NCBI GenBank assembly: GCA_028710695.1
Contig: JAQTTP010000001.1
Coordinates: 206,132-238,131 of the forward strand
DNA: 32,000 nucleotides
Source: Candidatus Iainarchaeum sp.
GTDB taxonomy: Archaea > Iainarchaeota > Iainarchaeia > Iainarchaeales > 0-14-0-20-30-16
Reading direction: 5' to 3'
A program made the position numbers and the translations under genes. Below are positions 17,513-27,494 of this stretch, one piece after another. Each line of letters starts with the position of its first letter. Position 1 is the first letter of the stretch. The notes beneath the pieces are model-generated. The model was not told the DNA's origin. It did no database searches and saw only the letters and a program-made list of their open reading frames with translations.

Positions 17513-18160
17513 ATGGGGAACTTATATACCTCCTTTGCGCAATTTGAAAAAGCATATGAGAATGAAGTGAAGAAAATAAAATCCAAAGAGAAGAGTGCCC
17601 TAATTTTCTACTTTAAAAAAGGGGGGCTTGTGAAAACCAAGTACACACCCCAATTAAGAGTTACTTACCCTAGCAAACAAAAAGTTAAAGAAGAACTTGC
17701 TAATTTGTCTGCACGAAGAGCAGAAACAATGATTAAGCTCAAAGAATGGGGCAAAATAAAATACGATGCAGATAATTATCTTAAGAAAACAAAAAGAAAA
17801 AGATTTTTTGATTCTTTATATTGGAAACATAAAATGAAGTCCTTTACTGATAAAGATTATAGAGAAGAGATAAAAAAATTAAAAATCCCAATGGATTTAA
17901 TGGCAGATCCAAAGCTAAAAAAGATCTTACATGCATTTATGACAAACCAAACATATAGAGATAATATAATTGACACTGTTGAAAATTCAGTAGTTTATAG
18001 AGATAAAGGATTTGGAGAACAAATTTTGCAGGCAATAGAAATAAAACAAGGAATTGCGGAAAGAAAGATAACTTTATTTTCTGAAGTTTTACAAGGAATT
18101 GATAATCTAATTCTTGGATACAAGGTTGTAAATAGGTGGGTAAGTGTTAACAAAGATTGA
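17513..18160 (+). CDS. Hypothetical Lys-rich protein
   Basis: ORF with the ATG at 17513 (MGNLYTSF...) preferred, since a TTTTTATATC TATA-like box lies about 25-30 nt upstream. Its 3' end overlaps the helicase start by 17 nt. No recognisable motif. Confidence 0.5.
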   Translation: MGNLYTSFAQFEKAYENEVKKIKSKEKSALIFYFKKGGLVKTKYTPQLRVTYPSKQKVKEELANLSARRAETMIKLKEWGKIKYDADNYLKKTKRKRFFDSLYWKHKMKSFTDKDYREEIKKLKIPMDLMADPKLKKILHAFMTNQTYRDNIIDTVENSVVYRDKGFGEQILQAIEIKQGIAERKITLFSEVLQGIDNLILGYKVVNRWVSVNKD

Positions 18161-20231
18161 GCTTTTGAATAAAGTAAAAGAGCTCAATAATATTGCTGAT
18201 TTTAATGAAGTTCAAAATAAAGCAATCCCACAATTAGAAAAAAATATTGTTGTTTCAAGCCCTACTTCTTCCGGAAAAACTTTAATTGCAGAAATTGCAT
18301 CTTTAGAAACTATTCTTAATAAGAAAAGAAAAGTGATTTACACCTGCCCGCTAAAAGCATTGGCAAGTGAGCATTATTCTAATTTCAAAAAGAAATATGA
18401 AAAAGAGTTTGGAATAAAGTGTGCAATTTCTATTGGAGATTTGGATTCCAGTTCAAAATATTTGGAAAATTATAATATTATTTTTACTACTTATGAAAAA
18501 TTAGATTCCTTAATTAGGCACAAATCTTTTTGGTTGTATTCTATTGGGCTTTTGGTTATCGATGAATTACATATGTTAGACTCAGATAGGGGGCCAACAA
18601 TAGAGGTTTCGGTAATACAGCTTAACCTTATGGTAAAAGACTTACAAACTCTTGGGCTAAGTGCAACAATTCCTAATTATAAACAGTTGGCAGAATGGTT
18701 AAACGCAGAAGCAGTATATTCAGAACATAGGCCTGTTGCCCTAAAAAAAGGAGTTTTAGTAGAGAATAAAATTTATTTTGAAAAAGAAACAGAAGAAATA
18801 GATTTTTCTAATGACAAAGAATTGCATAATTTGATAAAAGATACTTTAAAGAAAAATAAGCAAGCATTAATATTTACAAATACAAGAAAAAATGCGCAGT
18901 CTTTGGCGAATCAAATAAAAACAACAACATTAAAAGAAAAAGTAAATGAATATGATTTTGATTCAGAAAATCTGACTTCTTTTGACAAAGAAATTATTGA
19001 TTTGATGAGACATGGTGTTGCATTTCATCATGCAGGATTAAGAGCAGAATTAAGAGAAAAAATTGAAGCTGATTTTAGAAATGGAAAAATAAAAATAATT
19101 TCTGCTACTCCAACTTTGGCTGCGGGTGTGAACACTCCAGCATTTAGAGTAATAATTCATAGCATGTATCGACACAGCATAAATGGAATGCAAAAAATAC
19201 CAATAAGGGAATACCATCAGATGGCAGGGCGTGCAGGAAGAGCAGGATATGATGAAAAAGGAGAAGCAATAATTCTTGGAAAAGATGAATATGAAAAAGA
19301 CAGGTTGTTTGAAGAATATATTTTTGCTGAGCCGGAAGAAGTTCTTTCCCAGATTGGAAATTTAAGTGTTTTGAGAACTCTTCTATTATCATTAATTGCA
19401 AATGGAATTGTTTATGATGATGAAAGTATGCTTAATTTTTTTAAGAAGACTTTGTATTATTTGCAATTTAAAAATGAGTCATTGCTTTATGAGAGGATCC
19501 GATCTGTTTTAGATGAATTGTTGTCTTACGGATTCATAAAAATAACTTCAAAAATAGAAGCAACAGAAATTGGAAAAAGAGTTTCAGAACTTTATATTGA
19601 CCCACTTTCAGCATATAATATAATTAATTATTTGAGTTTTTTGGAAAAGCATAATAACGAGTTTGCACAGTTGTATTGTTTAGTTAATACAATTGAACTG
19701 AAACCATATCCAACTGTTTCAAAAACAATGAAGGACATTGGAATTGAACTTAATGAAAAAAGTTCTTACTTTTTGGCAGACCCGTATGCGATTTTTGAAG
19801 AATATGATATGCCAAATAAGTTCCTGCTTGTAAAGATTTTTTATGACTGGATAAATGAAGTTTCGGACCAAGAACTTTTGGATAGATACGATATGCAGCC
19901 AGGAATTTTGCATCAGAAAGTAGAAAATATGAAATGGATAGCTTATGCAACAAAAGAACTTGCAGAGCTTTCGGGTAGAGAAAAATACAAAGACCTAATT
20001 AAGGAAATTTCTTTGTTTGAAAAGAGATTACAGTATGGTATAAGGAAAGATCTGCTATTCTTAGTAGAGCTTCCAGGGATCGGAAGAGTAAGGGCTAGAA
20101 AGCTATTCTATGGCGGAGTAAGAAACATAGGAGATCTTAGATCCGCAGACCCAATCAAACTTGCAGGATTAATCGGCCAGAAAACAAGAGATAAGTTATA
20201 TGAACATTTGAAGATAAACCAAAACAAATAA
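18144..20231 (+). CDS. hel308: Hel308/Ski2-type superfamily-2 DNA/RNA helicase
   Basis: Motif I SSPTSSGKTLIAE, II VIDELHML, III SATIPN, VI HQMAGRAGRAG. C-terminal HhH LVELPGIGRVRARKL. GTG start preceded by GGTGGG SD. 695 aa. Confidence 0.85.
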   Translation: MLTKIELLNKVKELNNIADFNEVQNKAIPQLEKNIVVSSPTSSGKTLIAEIASLETILNKKRKVIYTCPLKALASEHYSNFKKKYEKEFGIKCAISIGDLDSSSKYLENYNIIFTTYEKLDSLIRHKSFWLYSIGLLVIDELHMLDSDRGPTIEVSVIQLNLMVKDLQTLGLSATIPNYKQLAEWLNAEAVYSEHRPVALKKGVLVENKIYFEKETEEIDFSNDKELHNLIKDTLKKNKQALIFTNTRKNAQSLANQIKTTTLKEKVNEYDFDSENLTSFDKEIIDLMRHGVAFHHAGLRAELREKIEADFRNGKIKIISATPTLAAGVNTPAFRVIIHSMYRHSINGMQKIPIREYHQMAGRAGRAGYDEKGEAIILGKDEYEKDRLFEEYIFAEPEEVLSQIGNLSVLRTLLLSLIANGIVYDDESMLNFFKKTLYYLQFKNESLLYERIRSVLDELLSYGFIKITSKIEATEIGKRVSELYIDPLSAYNIINYLSFLEKHNNEFAQLYCLVNTIELKPYPTVSKTMKDIGIELNEKSSYFLADPYAIFEEYDMPNKFLLVKIFYDWINEVSDQELLDRYDMQPGILHQKVENMKWIAYATKELAELSGREKYKDLIKEISLFEKRLQYGIRKDLLFLVELPGIGRVRARKLFYGGVRNIGDLRSADPIKLAGLIGQKTRDKLYEHLKINQNK

Positions 20232-20234
20232 TAC

Positions 20235-22145
20235 CTATAATACTCCTTCTTCCCAATGGCCTTTGGTGTACTTGCTCTTTTCAACTTTTACTGACTTCTT
20301 TGCAAGAATGTCTTGGTAAAGCAATAATGTTTCTGGGACTTTTGAGTCTAAGTCAAAAAAGAATTTCTTTATTCCAACTTCTTTTAGGGCCAGAATTTTT
20401 TGGAATAATCCTAATTCTACGCTGTTTAAAATTTGGTAATATGTGTGCTCTCTTCTAACTGGGAACACATAATTTTTTTCATCTTTCAACTCATTAGGAA
20501 GCTTGTCGTATTTTGTGTTCATGAAAATTATTCTGCCATGCGTTAATACAGCAAAATTTCTGTTTCTGAATTCTGACAATTCTTTAAAAGAAAGTTCTGG
20601 AGAAATAATTGGTATTGCATTTTCAAAAAACAAAAGATCATAGTCATTGAAAACATTTGCAGAATAATCTAAATATAAATTTAGTCCAGAATTTTTTAGA
20701 AGAGCATAAACTCCTAAGTCTCCAATAAGAATATCTTTTACTTTTAATTCGTTTATTAATTTTATTGCTCTTTCTACTTCAAAGTCGGCTAATATTCTTG
20801 GCACATAAGCACCAAACTTTGGATCATAATCTTTTGCAAAAATATTGTAGAATGCTTTTACACCAATATCTTGTGCTTTTTCAGCATCGGCAATAGAATA
20901 TACTTTAACCAATTGTTCTTCTTTTTTGGAACGCACAACAGGTATTTCTGGTATGATTAGGTTTTTGTAATCTCTTTTTGGGGTAAATATTGGATCGTTC
21001 TTTTCAAATCTAATTGCTTTTGGAGTGAATTCTTTTTTTGCTGATGTTTTGTAAACGCTTGTTCCTGGTGTTGCTTTAATATGTAATTTTACTACATCTC
21101 CTGCTTTGGCATAATTTATTGATATGCCTGCCTTGTCCATTTTTTTTAGTACTGCGCCATCAACTTTATTTCTGAACCAGATTCCTAGTCCATCTCCAAC
21201 AGATAAATCTTCTTCTAGTTTGATAAAATTATCTGCATCCAAAGTTCCTAAAAATAAGCCTCTTGCTATTGGTTTTTCTGGGCTAACTAGATTTTTGTCT
21301 TCTGCAAAATAACCTTCTGTAAATTCTCTGTTAAACGCTAATTTTAGGTCTTTATAATAAGGATAATTTACTCCAAATCTTCCACTATAGTAGGAATCAA
21401 TTGCAAGCCTATATGCTCTTGCTGCAGAAGTAACATATTTTGGAGTTCTTAATCTTCCTTCAACTTTTAGACTTAACACTCCACTTTCAATAACTTGCGG
21501 GATTTTTTCGATTAGGCAGAGCTCTTTCATGCTTAGCAGATGTGAGCCAGAATATTTTTTTCTACATGGCTGAGCACACAATCCTCTATTTCCAGATCTT
21601 CCCCCAAGGAAGCTAGAAAATAAGCATTTTCCACTATAAGAAAAGCATAATGCTCCTTGCACAAATATTTCTGCAGGGATTTTTGTTTTTTCAACAAAGT
21701 TTTTTATCTCTTTTTGGCTGAATTCTCTTGGCAAAATTACTCTGTCTACTTCTTTGATTAGGTCATAAAAATAAGTATTGCTAACTGCTGCCTGTGTTGA
21801 AAGATGTATTTCTAGGCCAGGAAAGTTTTGCTTTAAAATTGAAATAAAAGAAAAATGCTGAATAATCACTGCATCAACAGCAGCTAAATAAAGCTCTTTT
21901 ACAGTTCCCCAAAATTCAGTAAGTTCCTTGTTTTTTACAAGAGTATTTAGGGTACAATATGCTTTGACTCCGTTTTTGTGGCAATAATCAACTACTTTTT
22001 TTACTTCCTCTAAGGAAAAATTGTTTGCTTTTTTACGGGCATTGAAGTTTTGGACTCCAAAATAAATAGCATCCGCTCCATTCTCAACTGCCGCTTTAAG
22101 GCAATCCCAGTTTCCTGCAGGTAAAAGTAACTCTATTTTTTGCAT
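20235..22145 (-). CDS. Peptidase U32 family protein (collagenase-like / RNA-hydroxylation-associated family)
   Basis: N-terminal ELLLPAGNWDCLKAAVENGADAIYFG...FNARKKANNF...CHKNGVKAYCTLN and the U32 signature EIFVQGALCFSYSGKCLFSSFLGGRSGNRGLCAQPCR. Confidence 0.8.
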   Translation of the reverse strand: MQKIELLLPAGNWDCLKAAVENGADAIYFGVQNFNARKKANNFSLEEVKKVVDYCHKNGVKAYCTLNTLVKNKELTEFWGTVKELYLAAVDAVIIQHFSFISILKQNFPGLEIHLSTQAAVSNTYFYDLIKEVDRVILPREFSQKEIKNFVEKTKIPAEIFVQGALCFSYSGKCLFSSFLGGRSGNRGLCAQPCRKKYSGSHLLSMKELCLIEKIPQVIESGVLSLKVEGRLRTPKYVTSAARAYRLAIDSYYSGRFGVNYPYYKDLKLAFNREFTEGYFAEDKNLVSPEKPIARGLFLGTLDADNFIKLEEDLSVGDGLGIWFRNKVDGAVLKKMDKAGISINYAKAGDVVKLHIKATPGTSVYKTSAKKEFTPKAIRFEKNDPIFTPKRDYKNLIIPEIPVVRSKKEEQLVKVYSIADAEKAQDIGVKAFYNIFAKDYDPKFGAYVPRILADFEVERAIKLINELKVKDILIGDLGVYALLKNSGLNLYLDYSANVFNDYDLLFFENAIPIISPELSFKELSEFRNRNFAVLTHGRIIFMNTKYDKLPNELKDEKNYVFPVRREHTYYQILNSVELGLFQKILALKEVGIKKFFFDLDSKVPETLLLYQDILAKKSVKVEKSKYTKGHWEEGVL

Positions 22146-22235
22146 TAAATCTTAAAGTTCCGAAAAGTTATTAAAGAAAAGGCGGAAAAACAGGGTAGAG
22201 AAAAGGATTAAATAGGAAAGTAGAGTATATGTAAC

Positions 22236-22616
22236 ATGGAAAGAAAAGTAGGCAAATTCCTATACTGGACTCCAAGAATACTGTCAATAATACTTGTAAT
22301 ATTCATGTTTCTAATGTCTCTGGATGTTTTTGGTAATGGCTTGGGATTTTGGCAAACAGCTCTGGCATTTTTTATGCATAATATTCCTGCTCTAATTTTG
22401 CTTATAGTTTTGATCATCTCTTGGAAGTATGAAATAGTTGGCGGTATTACATTTATTTTGGCGGGATTATTGTATATTGTCTTGTTATTTAGGAATCCAT
22501 TTGAGTGGTATATGCTTGCTTGGGCTATACAGATTTCTGGGATTGCTTTTTTAATTGGAATTTTGTTTATTATTGGTTGGCATAAGAAAAAGGCAGCACT
22601 TGAGCTTTCGACTTAA
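22236..22616 (+). CDS. Small integral membrane protein (about 4 TM helices)
   Basis: 126-aa ORF with four hydrophobic stretches (ILSIILVIFMFLMSL, IPALILLIVLIISW, GGITFILAGLLYIVLLF, ISGIAFLIGILFIIGW). Confidence 0.55.
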   Translation: MERKVGKFLYWTPRILSIILVIFMFLMSLDVFGNGLGFWQTALAFFMHNIPALILLIVLIISWKYEIVGGITFILAGLLYIVLLFRNPFEWYMLAWAIQISGIAFLIGILFIIGWHKKKAALELST

Positions 22617-22714
22617 ATAACTTACCTTTTTAAACATTTTACATCAAATATATAGTTAGATCTTATTTTTTGGTTATAAAAACATATGACTTATAGCGAT
22701 TTGGAGGAGAGAAA

Positions 22715-24343
22715 ATGGCAGAAATGCAGAATCAGCAAAATGCGTTCTTAGAAGAGGGTGCAAAGAGAATTAGAGGAAAAGATGCTCAAAGAATTAATAT
22801 TTTGGTTGCAAGGGCAGTAGCTAATGCAGTTAGATCTACTTTGGGCCCTAAAGGAATGGACAAAATGATAGTTGACGAAATGGGGGATGTGACAATCTCA
22901 AATGATGGTGCGACTATTCTGAAGGAAATCTCTATAGAACACCCTGTTGGAAAGATGATGGTTGACATTGCAAAAACCCAGGATTCTGAAATTGGAGATG
23001 GAACAACTACTGCTGTAGTAGTAGCTGGAGAACTTCTTGCTGAAGCTGAAAAGCTATTAGATAATGGAATACATCCTTCAAGTATAATTAATGGTTATAG
23101 GTTGGCAACAACAAAAGCATTAGAGTTTTATAACGCAATATCATATAAAATTGGTCCTAAAGATTCTAAGAAATTATATAATATTGCAGTGACTTCCATG
23201 ACTGGGAAGGCAGCAGAATCTAGTTCTAAGTTGGCACAATTGGTTGTAGATGCAGTGTCACAAATTGCTATTGAAGATGACAAGAAAATTGTTTTAGATA
23301 ATGATTATATAAAAGTGGAAAAGAAGGAAGGAGCAAGCCTAGATCATAGTGAATTGATTAGAGGAATCGTAATTGATAAAGAAATTGTGAGCAATAATAT
23401 GCCAAAGAAAATTTCAAATGCAAAAATACTTCTTTTAGATGTGGCTTTGGAAATAAAAAGCCCAGAAACAGACACAAAAATACAGATTACTAGCCCAGAC
23501 CAATTACAACAGTTTTTAGATCAGGAAGAAAGAATGATACAAGATATGGTAGACAAAATAATAGCAACAGGTGCAAATGTGGTAATTTGTCAAAAAGGTA
23601 TTGATGATTTGGCTCAACATTTCTTGGCAGAATCTGGAATTATGGCAATAAGAAGAGTAAAGAAATCAGATATTGATAAATTAGCAAAAGCAACTGGTGC
23701 AAAAGTTGCATCAAGATTGAAAGAAATAAACAAGAATTATTTAGGAAATGCAGAAACAGTTAGAGAAACAAAAATCTCTGGCGAAGAAATGATTTTTGTT
23801 GAAGGCTGTAAAGATCCTAAAGCAGTTACAATACTAATAAGGGGCGGAACTCAGCATGTTGTTGATGAAGCAGAAAGAGCAGTAGTTGATGCTTTGGGTT
23901 CAGTATCATCAGCAATAAAATCAGGTAAATATGTTGCTGGTGGTGGTGCCTGCGAAATCGAAGTTGCAATGAGATTAAGGGATTATGCTAAGGACGTTGG
24001 TGGAAGAGAGCAGTTGGCAATAGAAGGATTTGCTACTGCATTAGAAATAATACCAAGAACTTTGGCAGAATCTGCAGGATTAAACCCATTAGATATATTG
24101 GTTGCTTTGAAGAACAAGCACAAAAAGAATGAAATCGCTTATGGTGTGGATGTACTAAATGCAACAATATCAGATATGGAAAAGTTGAATGTTATCGAGC
24201 CTACAGAAATAAAGATCCAAGCAATTAATTCAGGGTCAGAAGTATCACAAATGATTTTAAGAATCGACGACATAATTGCTGGAAGCGGAAGATCTAAAGG
24301 CGGAATGCATAACATGCCACCAGGAATGGGAGATGCAGATTAA
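22715..24343 (+). CDS. ths: Thermosome subunit (group II chaperonin)
   Basis: [18 protein letters not shown]-like ([11 protein letters not shown]), [30 protein letters not shown], and a C-terminal Met/Gly-rich tail [23 protein letters not shown] upstream. 542 aa. Confidence 0.95.
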   Translation: MAEMQNQQNAFLEEGAKRIRGKDAQRINILVARAVANAVRSTLGPKGMDKMIVDEMGDVTISNDGATILKEISIEHPVGKMMVDIAKTQDSEIGDGTTTAVVVAGELLAEAEKLLDNGIHPSSIINGYRLATTKALEFYNAISYKIGPKDSKKLYNIAVTSMTGKAAESSSKLAQLVVDAVSQIAIEDDKKIVLDNDYIKVEKKEGASLDHSELIRGIVIDKEIVSNNMPKKISNAKILLLDVALEIKSPETDTKIQITSPDQLQQFLDQEERMIQDMVDKIIATGANVVICQKGIDDLAQHFLAESGIMAIRRVKKSDIDKLAKATGAKVASRLKEINKNYLGNAETVRETKISGEEMIFVEGCKDPKAVTILIRGGTQHVVDEAERAVVDALGSVSSAIKSGKYVAGGGACEIEVAMRLRDYAKDVGGREQLAIEGFATALEIIPRTLAESAGLNPLDILVALKNKHKKNEIAYGVDVLNATISDMEKLNVIEPTEIKIQAINSGSEVSQMILRIDDIIAGSGRSKGGMHNMPPGMGDAD

Positions 24344-24356
24344 TTACTTGAGTTAA

Positions 24357-24385
24357 GGGGTCTGATTTAAAAACAAATCGGCCCC
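24357..24385 (+). terminator. Stem-loop immediately after the thermosome gene
   Basis: GGGGTCTGATTT-AAAAAC-AAATCGGCCCC forms an 11-bp stem with one bulged T and one G:T. It starts 14 nt after the stop codon. No long T-run follows, so a terminator role is uncertain. Confidence 0.35.
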
Positions 24386-24415
24386 CAAATATATTATTTA
24401 TGGAGGTGCTTTAAT

Positions 24416-24931
24416 ATGAAAAGCATAAATTTTGTAATAGTAGTATTATTAGCATTGCTAATTTTGCCAATGGGGTTTTCCTACGTTAAATTTACTAGTA
24501 GCTCATATCATCCCGGAGAACTACAAGTAGATGGTACAAAGGCACCAGGCTATTGGGATGTTACAGCAACATTTAGCGAAAACAAATATAGTGTACCTTA
24601 CGCAACATTTAGTGGATACTTATTAAAACTTGGAGCAACAATAAATAAGCCAGTTGATGTTGAAGGTGTAAGTACAAATTGTAAAATAAATCTAAAAGAA
24701 ATGACTAATAAAAAAGATTCTTACACAAGCACAGCTTTATTCCAAATAAATAGTGCTTTGCCAGAAAGAGCAGGTAATGTATTTTATAGTCGTGGAGCTT
24801 ATTCAATGATTTCTCCAACTGGAAATTACATGACTCCTACATATGTTAAAGGTATGTGTAACACTATGTTTTTGTACTTTGGAAACAACTTAGTATTCCC
24901 TGGTACTGCAATGATAATGGACGTTAAGTAA
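24416..24931 (+). CDS. Small secreted protein, unknown function
   Basis: 171 aa. N-terminal signal-like MKSINFVIVVLLALLILPMGFS. GGAGGTG SD 8 nt upstream. Confidence 0.6.
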   Translation: MKSINFVIVVLLALLILPMGFSYVKFTSSSYHPGELQVDGTKAPGYWDVTATFSENKYSVPYATFSGYLLKLGATINKPVDVEGVSTNCKINLKEMTNKKDSYTSTALFQINSALPERAGNVFYSRGAYSMISPTGNYMTPTYVKGMCNTMFLYFGNNLVFPGTAMIMDVK

Positions 24932-24955
24932 GAAGGGTAGCCTTCTTTTTTTTTT
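24932..24955 (+). terminator. Hairpin + oligo-T terminator
   Basis: GAAGG-GTAG-CCTTC followed directly by T10 (24946-24955), starting right after the stop codon at 24929-24931. Confidence 0.55.
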
Positions 24956-24997
24956 ATTTTAGAAAGATATAAATAATTCCTTGCTTTACTTATTTTC

Positions 24998-26842
24998 ATG
25001 ATTAAAAGATTACTATTTTTGATACAATTTTTGATAATTGTTTTTTGTCTTGCAGGGTTTGTTTTTGCTGCCTTTGAGTCAGTCCCTCCTGTAGGCCCTT
25101 CTAGTTGTGTAACATATGACCAGGCAAGAGCGCAAGGAATAACTGGAACTGATGCTCAACTAAATAGCATGGGTTTCTGTGCGGGCAGTAGTGGCGATAC
25201 AACTACAAGCTCCGAAGGTGATACTGACACCCAAGATTTACAAAGCCAGATTGATGCTCTTAATGAAAAACTTGCACAAGATCAGAAAAATTTGCAAGAT
25301 GCCCAAAATATTTTGGATACAGTTGATCCAATGGCAGCAGATAAAGCAGCAGGGGCATGTAATTTAGATTGGACAAAACCTGATGGAGCTTGTGATGAAT
25401 TATATGAAAAAGCCCAAGAAGCAGCAGATGCTTGGAATAAAGCCAATAAAGAAATATACGGATATCAAGTTGCAGTTGATAATGATAAAAGTCAGTTAGA
25501 GTTGCTAACTGAGCAATTAGAAACAGCGACAAAACCAATTGATTCTGGGACAACAAATGTGACTGATTTATTAATATCAGATACTATGGCCCAATATATG
25601 GATCAGGTTAAAAACAGCCAAGAAGAACAAGATTTTCTTGATAAAATGTTAGAATCCTGTTCTGCAGATATAGTTGATTGTAGTTCAAAATGTGATCACC
25701 TTGCAGAAACAGACATAAAAAAATATGAGTGTTATGGAGAATGTGAGCAAGATCAGCTTAAAGAAGATTATAAATATAATGATTGTTTAAATGGCATAGA
25801 TGGCGGATCAAGTTATGCTGCAAGTGTTATATTGGAAAAGGCAAGCGAGTATGAAAAAATTTGTAATGATCTTGTAAATTTTATTTGGAAAGATTATGAT
25901 TCTGATGGTTGTTTTGATGCCTGTGCAGGATCAGACGGTGATGCTTGTGGCAATATTTGTTTAATGAAAGATATGAGGCGTTGGCTTGCACACGATATCT
26001 GTGAAAGTGAAGGATATATTAAAGCACAACCTGATGTAAAAGCTTGGTTTCAAAATCTGAAAGCAGAAAAAGAAAATAAAAAGAAGACAATTCAAAATCA
26101 AACTAAGCCATATACAACAGGTAATTCTGGGGTGGTAACTTCTCCATCTGTGACTAATACAACAACAATACCTACGTCAAGTAATTCAAATATAACTATT
26201 GATGATTTTTACGGACGAGAATTAATTTTTGTTAGTACTTATTCTGAAGCTCAAAATAACTTGGATAAAATTATGCCTACTTGTATGACTGTTATAAATG
26301 CAAAAGGGGACTATGAAAATGCCCTAAAAACAGAAATAAGCAAAGAAGAACTACAAAAATTAAAAGCGGATTATGAAACTAAACTGCTTGGATTAGCACA
26401 AAATATTTATGACAAAGTATTATCAAAAGATCCAACCAACCCTGATGCCTTGTGGTATATGGGTACTTTAGCAAAATGGAATGGAGAAAATACAAAATCA
26501 TATGAATATTATAGGGAGGCATTGCTTCAAACACAAAATAAAAATCCGTTCAAATATAACCAACTTTTGGATTCTGTTAAAAACCCCGCAATGCAAATGT
26601 ATTTAGTACAAAGTATACAACCAGATGAAAAGCTTTTTAACTTGCCAACTATAGAAACATCACCACTTCTGAAAAAATTAAAAGATCATTTTGATAATAT
26701 GATTAAGCCAGTTAAGGATGAGATGAAATCTGTTGCAAGTGAAGTAGAAAAAGTTTCAAGAATATATTCAATTCAAGGGGTGTCTTCGCAAGCCGAGGAA
26801 GAATTTGGCATTTCTTCTATAGGGGGTGGTGAAGATGAATAA
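24998..26842 (+). CDS. Secreted/anchored Cys-rich protein with acidic coiled-coil region and C-terminal TPR-like segment
   Basis: 614 aa. N-terminal hydrophobic MIKRLLFLIQFLIIVFCLAGFVFAAF. Low-complexity GDTTTSSEGDTDTQD. Q/D/E-rich helical region. Cys cluster CSADIVDCSSKCDH...YECYGECEQD...CLNG...CFDACAGSDGDACGNICL. TPR-like DPTNPDALWYMGTLAKWNGENTKSYEYYREALLQ. Confidence 0.65.
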   Translation: MIKRLLFLIQFLIIVFCLAGFVFAAFESVPPVGPSSCVTYDQARAQGITGTDAQLNSMGFCAGSSGDTTTSSEGDTDTQDLQSQIDALNEKLAQDQKNLQDAQNILDTVDPMAADKAAGACNLDWTKPDGACDELYEKAQEAADAWNKANKEIYGYQVAVDNDKSQLELLTEQLETATKPIDSGTTNVTDLLISDTMAQYMDQVKNSQEEQDFLDKMLESCSADIVDCSSKCDHLAETDIKKYECYGECEQDQLKEDYKYNDCLNGIDGGSSYAASVILEKASEYEKICNDLVNFIWKDYDSDGCFDACAGSDGDACGNICLMKDMRRWLAHDICESEGYIKAQPDVKAWFQNLKAEKENKKKTIQNQTKPYTTGNSGVVTSPSVTNTTTIPTSSNSNITIDDFYGRELIFVSTYSEAQNNLDKIMPTCMTVINAKGDYENALKTEISKEELQKLKADYETKLLGLAQNIYDKVLSKDPTNPDALWYMGTLAKWNGENTKSYEYYREALLQTQNKNPFKYNQLLDSVKNPAMQMYLVQSIQPDEKLFNLPTIETSPLLKKLKDHFDNMIKPVKDEMKSVASEVEKVSRIYSIQGVSSQAEEEFGISSIGGGEDE

Positions 26843-27278
26843 TTATTTGAAGATGGCAATTACAATTCCAGGGATAATTATAGGATTATTGATTTTATTA
26901 TTTATAATATTAGTAATATACTATGCATTTGCAGGAACAGCAGATGTTTGTACAACAAAAGAGTGTTTCTTAGTGGCTACTGATTCAAATCAGTGCCCCC
27001 CTACAGTGTACAAAGAAGTAACGGGTATTGGAACTTTTAATTATGTTGTTTCTCCAACTTATGGAGTAACTGATAAATGTACTTTTACAAAGCAAATTTT
27101 GGACCTAAATGAAAATGAGGATCCTTTTTTGAAAAAAGCGTTGAAATCAAAAGAAATGACTTGTAGTTATGTCCCTGGAGAATTCAACGAGAATTGGATT
27201 GACTCTTTGATAGATGGAACAGAAGATTGTAGCGGAGAATTAAAAGATGCAATTGTAAAGTTATTGTCTCTAGTTTAA
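26835..27278 (+). CDS. Small N-terminally anchored Cys-containing protein
   Basis: ATG at 26835 overlaps the upstream stop by 8 nt (coupling). TM helix AITIPGIIIGLLILLFIILVIYYAF followed by a Cys-containing ectodomain. Confidence 0.55.
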   Translation: MNNYLKMAITIPGIIIGLLILLFIILVIYYAFAGTADVCTTKECFLVATDSNQCPPTVYKEVTGIGTFNYVVSPTYGVTDKCTFTKQILDLNENEDPFLKKALKSKEMTCSYVPGEFNENWIDSLIDGTEDCSGELKDAIVKLLSLV

Positions 27279-27291
27279 AAATAGTAAAAAA

Positions 27292-27451
27292 TGGGGTCAC
27301 AGGGACTCGAACCCTGGTCCGCAGGTTTCTTCCATATCATCCTAAGATGCTTCCCTGCAATTATCATCATCGCCAATTTTTACAAATTAGCTCCGCCTTC
27401 ACGCTCTTTATTGTCTGGAGCCTGAAGTGCTAGCCGCTACACTATGACCCC
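27292..27451 (-). tRNA. tRNA-Trp (anticodon CCA) interrupted by an intron of about 88 nt
   Basis: Minus-strand cloverleaf: acceptor GGGGTCA/TGACCCC, D arm GTGT-AGCGGCTA-GCAC, anticodon stem TCAGG/CCTGC (one T:C at 27:43), loop CTCCAGA, T arm CAGGG-TTCGAGT-CCCTG, discriminator A, no encoded CCA. The two halves are separated by extra sequence inserted at or near the canonical 37/38 position. Confidence 0.85.
27327..27414 (-). other. tRNA-Trp intron (boundaries +/-1 nt, inferred from the cloverleaf only)
   Basis: This sequence between anticodon-loop position 37/38 and the 3' anticodon-stem strand must be removed to give a 72-nt tRNA. It contains ATGATGA (27364-27370) and ATGATAT (27334-27340), 30 nt apart. 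I could not trace a clean bulge-helix-bulge by eye. Confidence 0.6.
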
Positions 27452-27494
27452 CCAATTAATAATAAAAAAGTAGAGATAATTTAATAAAGAAGTG

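Noticed and set aside
25179-25556. Alternative-frame ORFs 25179-25367 (+) and 25260-25556 (-) within the 614-aa secreted-protein gene
   Set aside because: They are nested in the longer ORF in a Gln/Asp-codon-rich region that stays open in several frames by composition alone.
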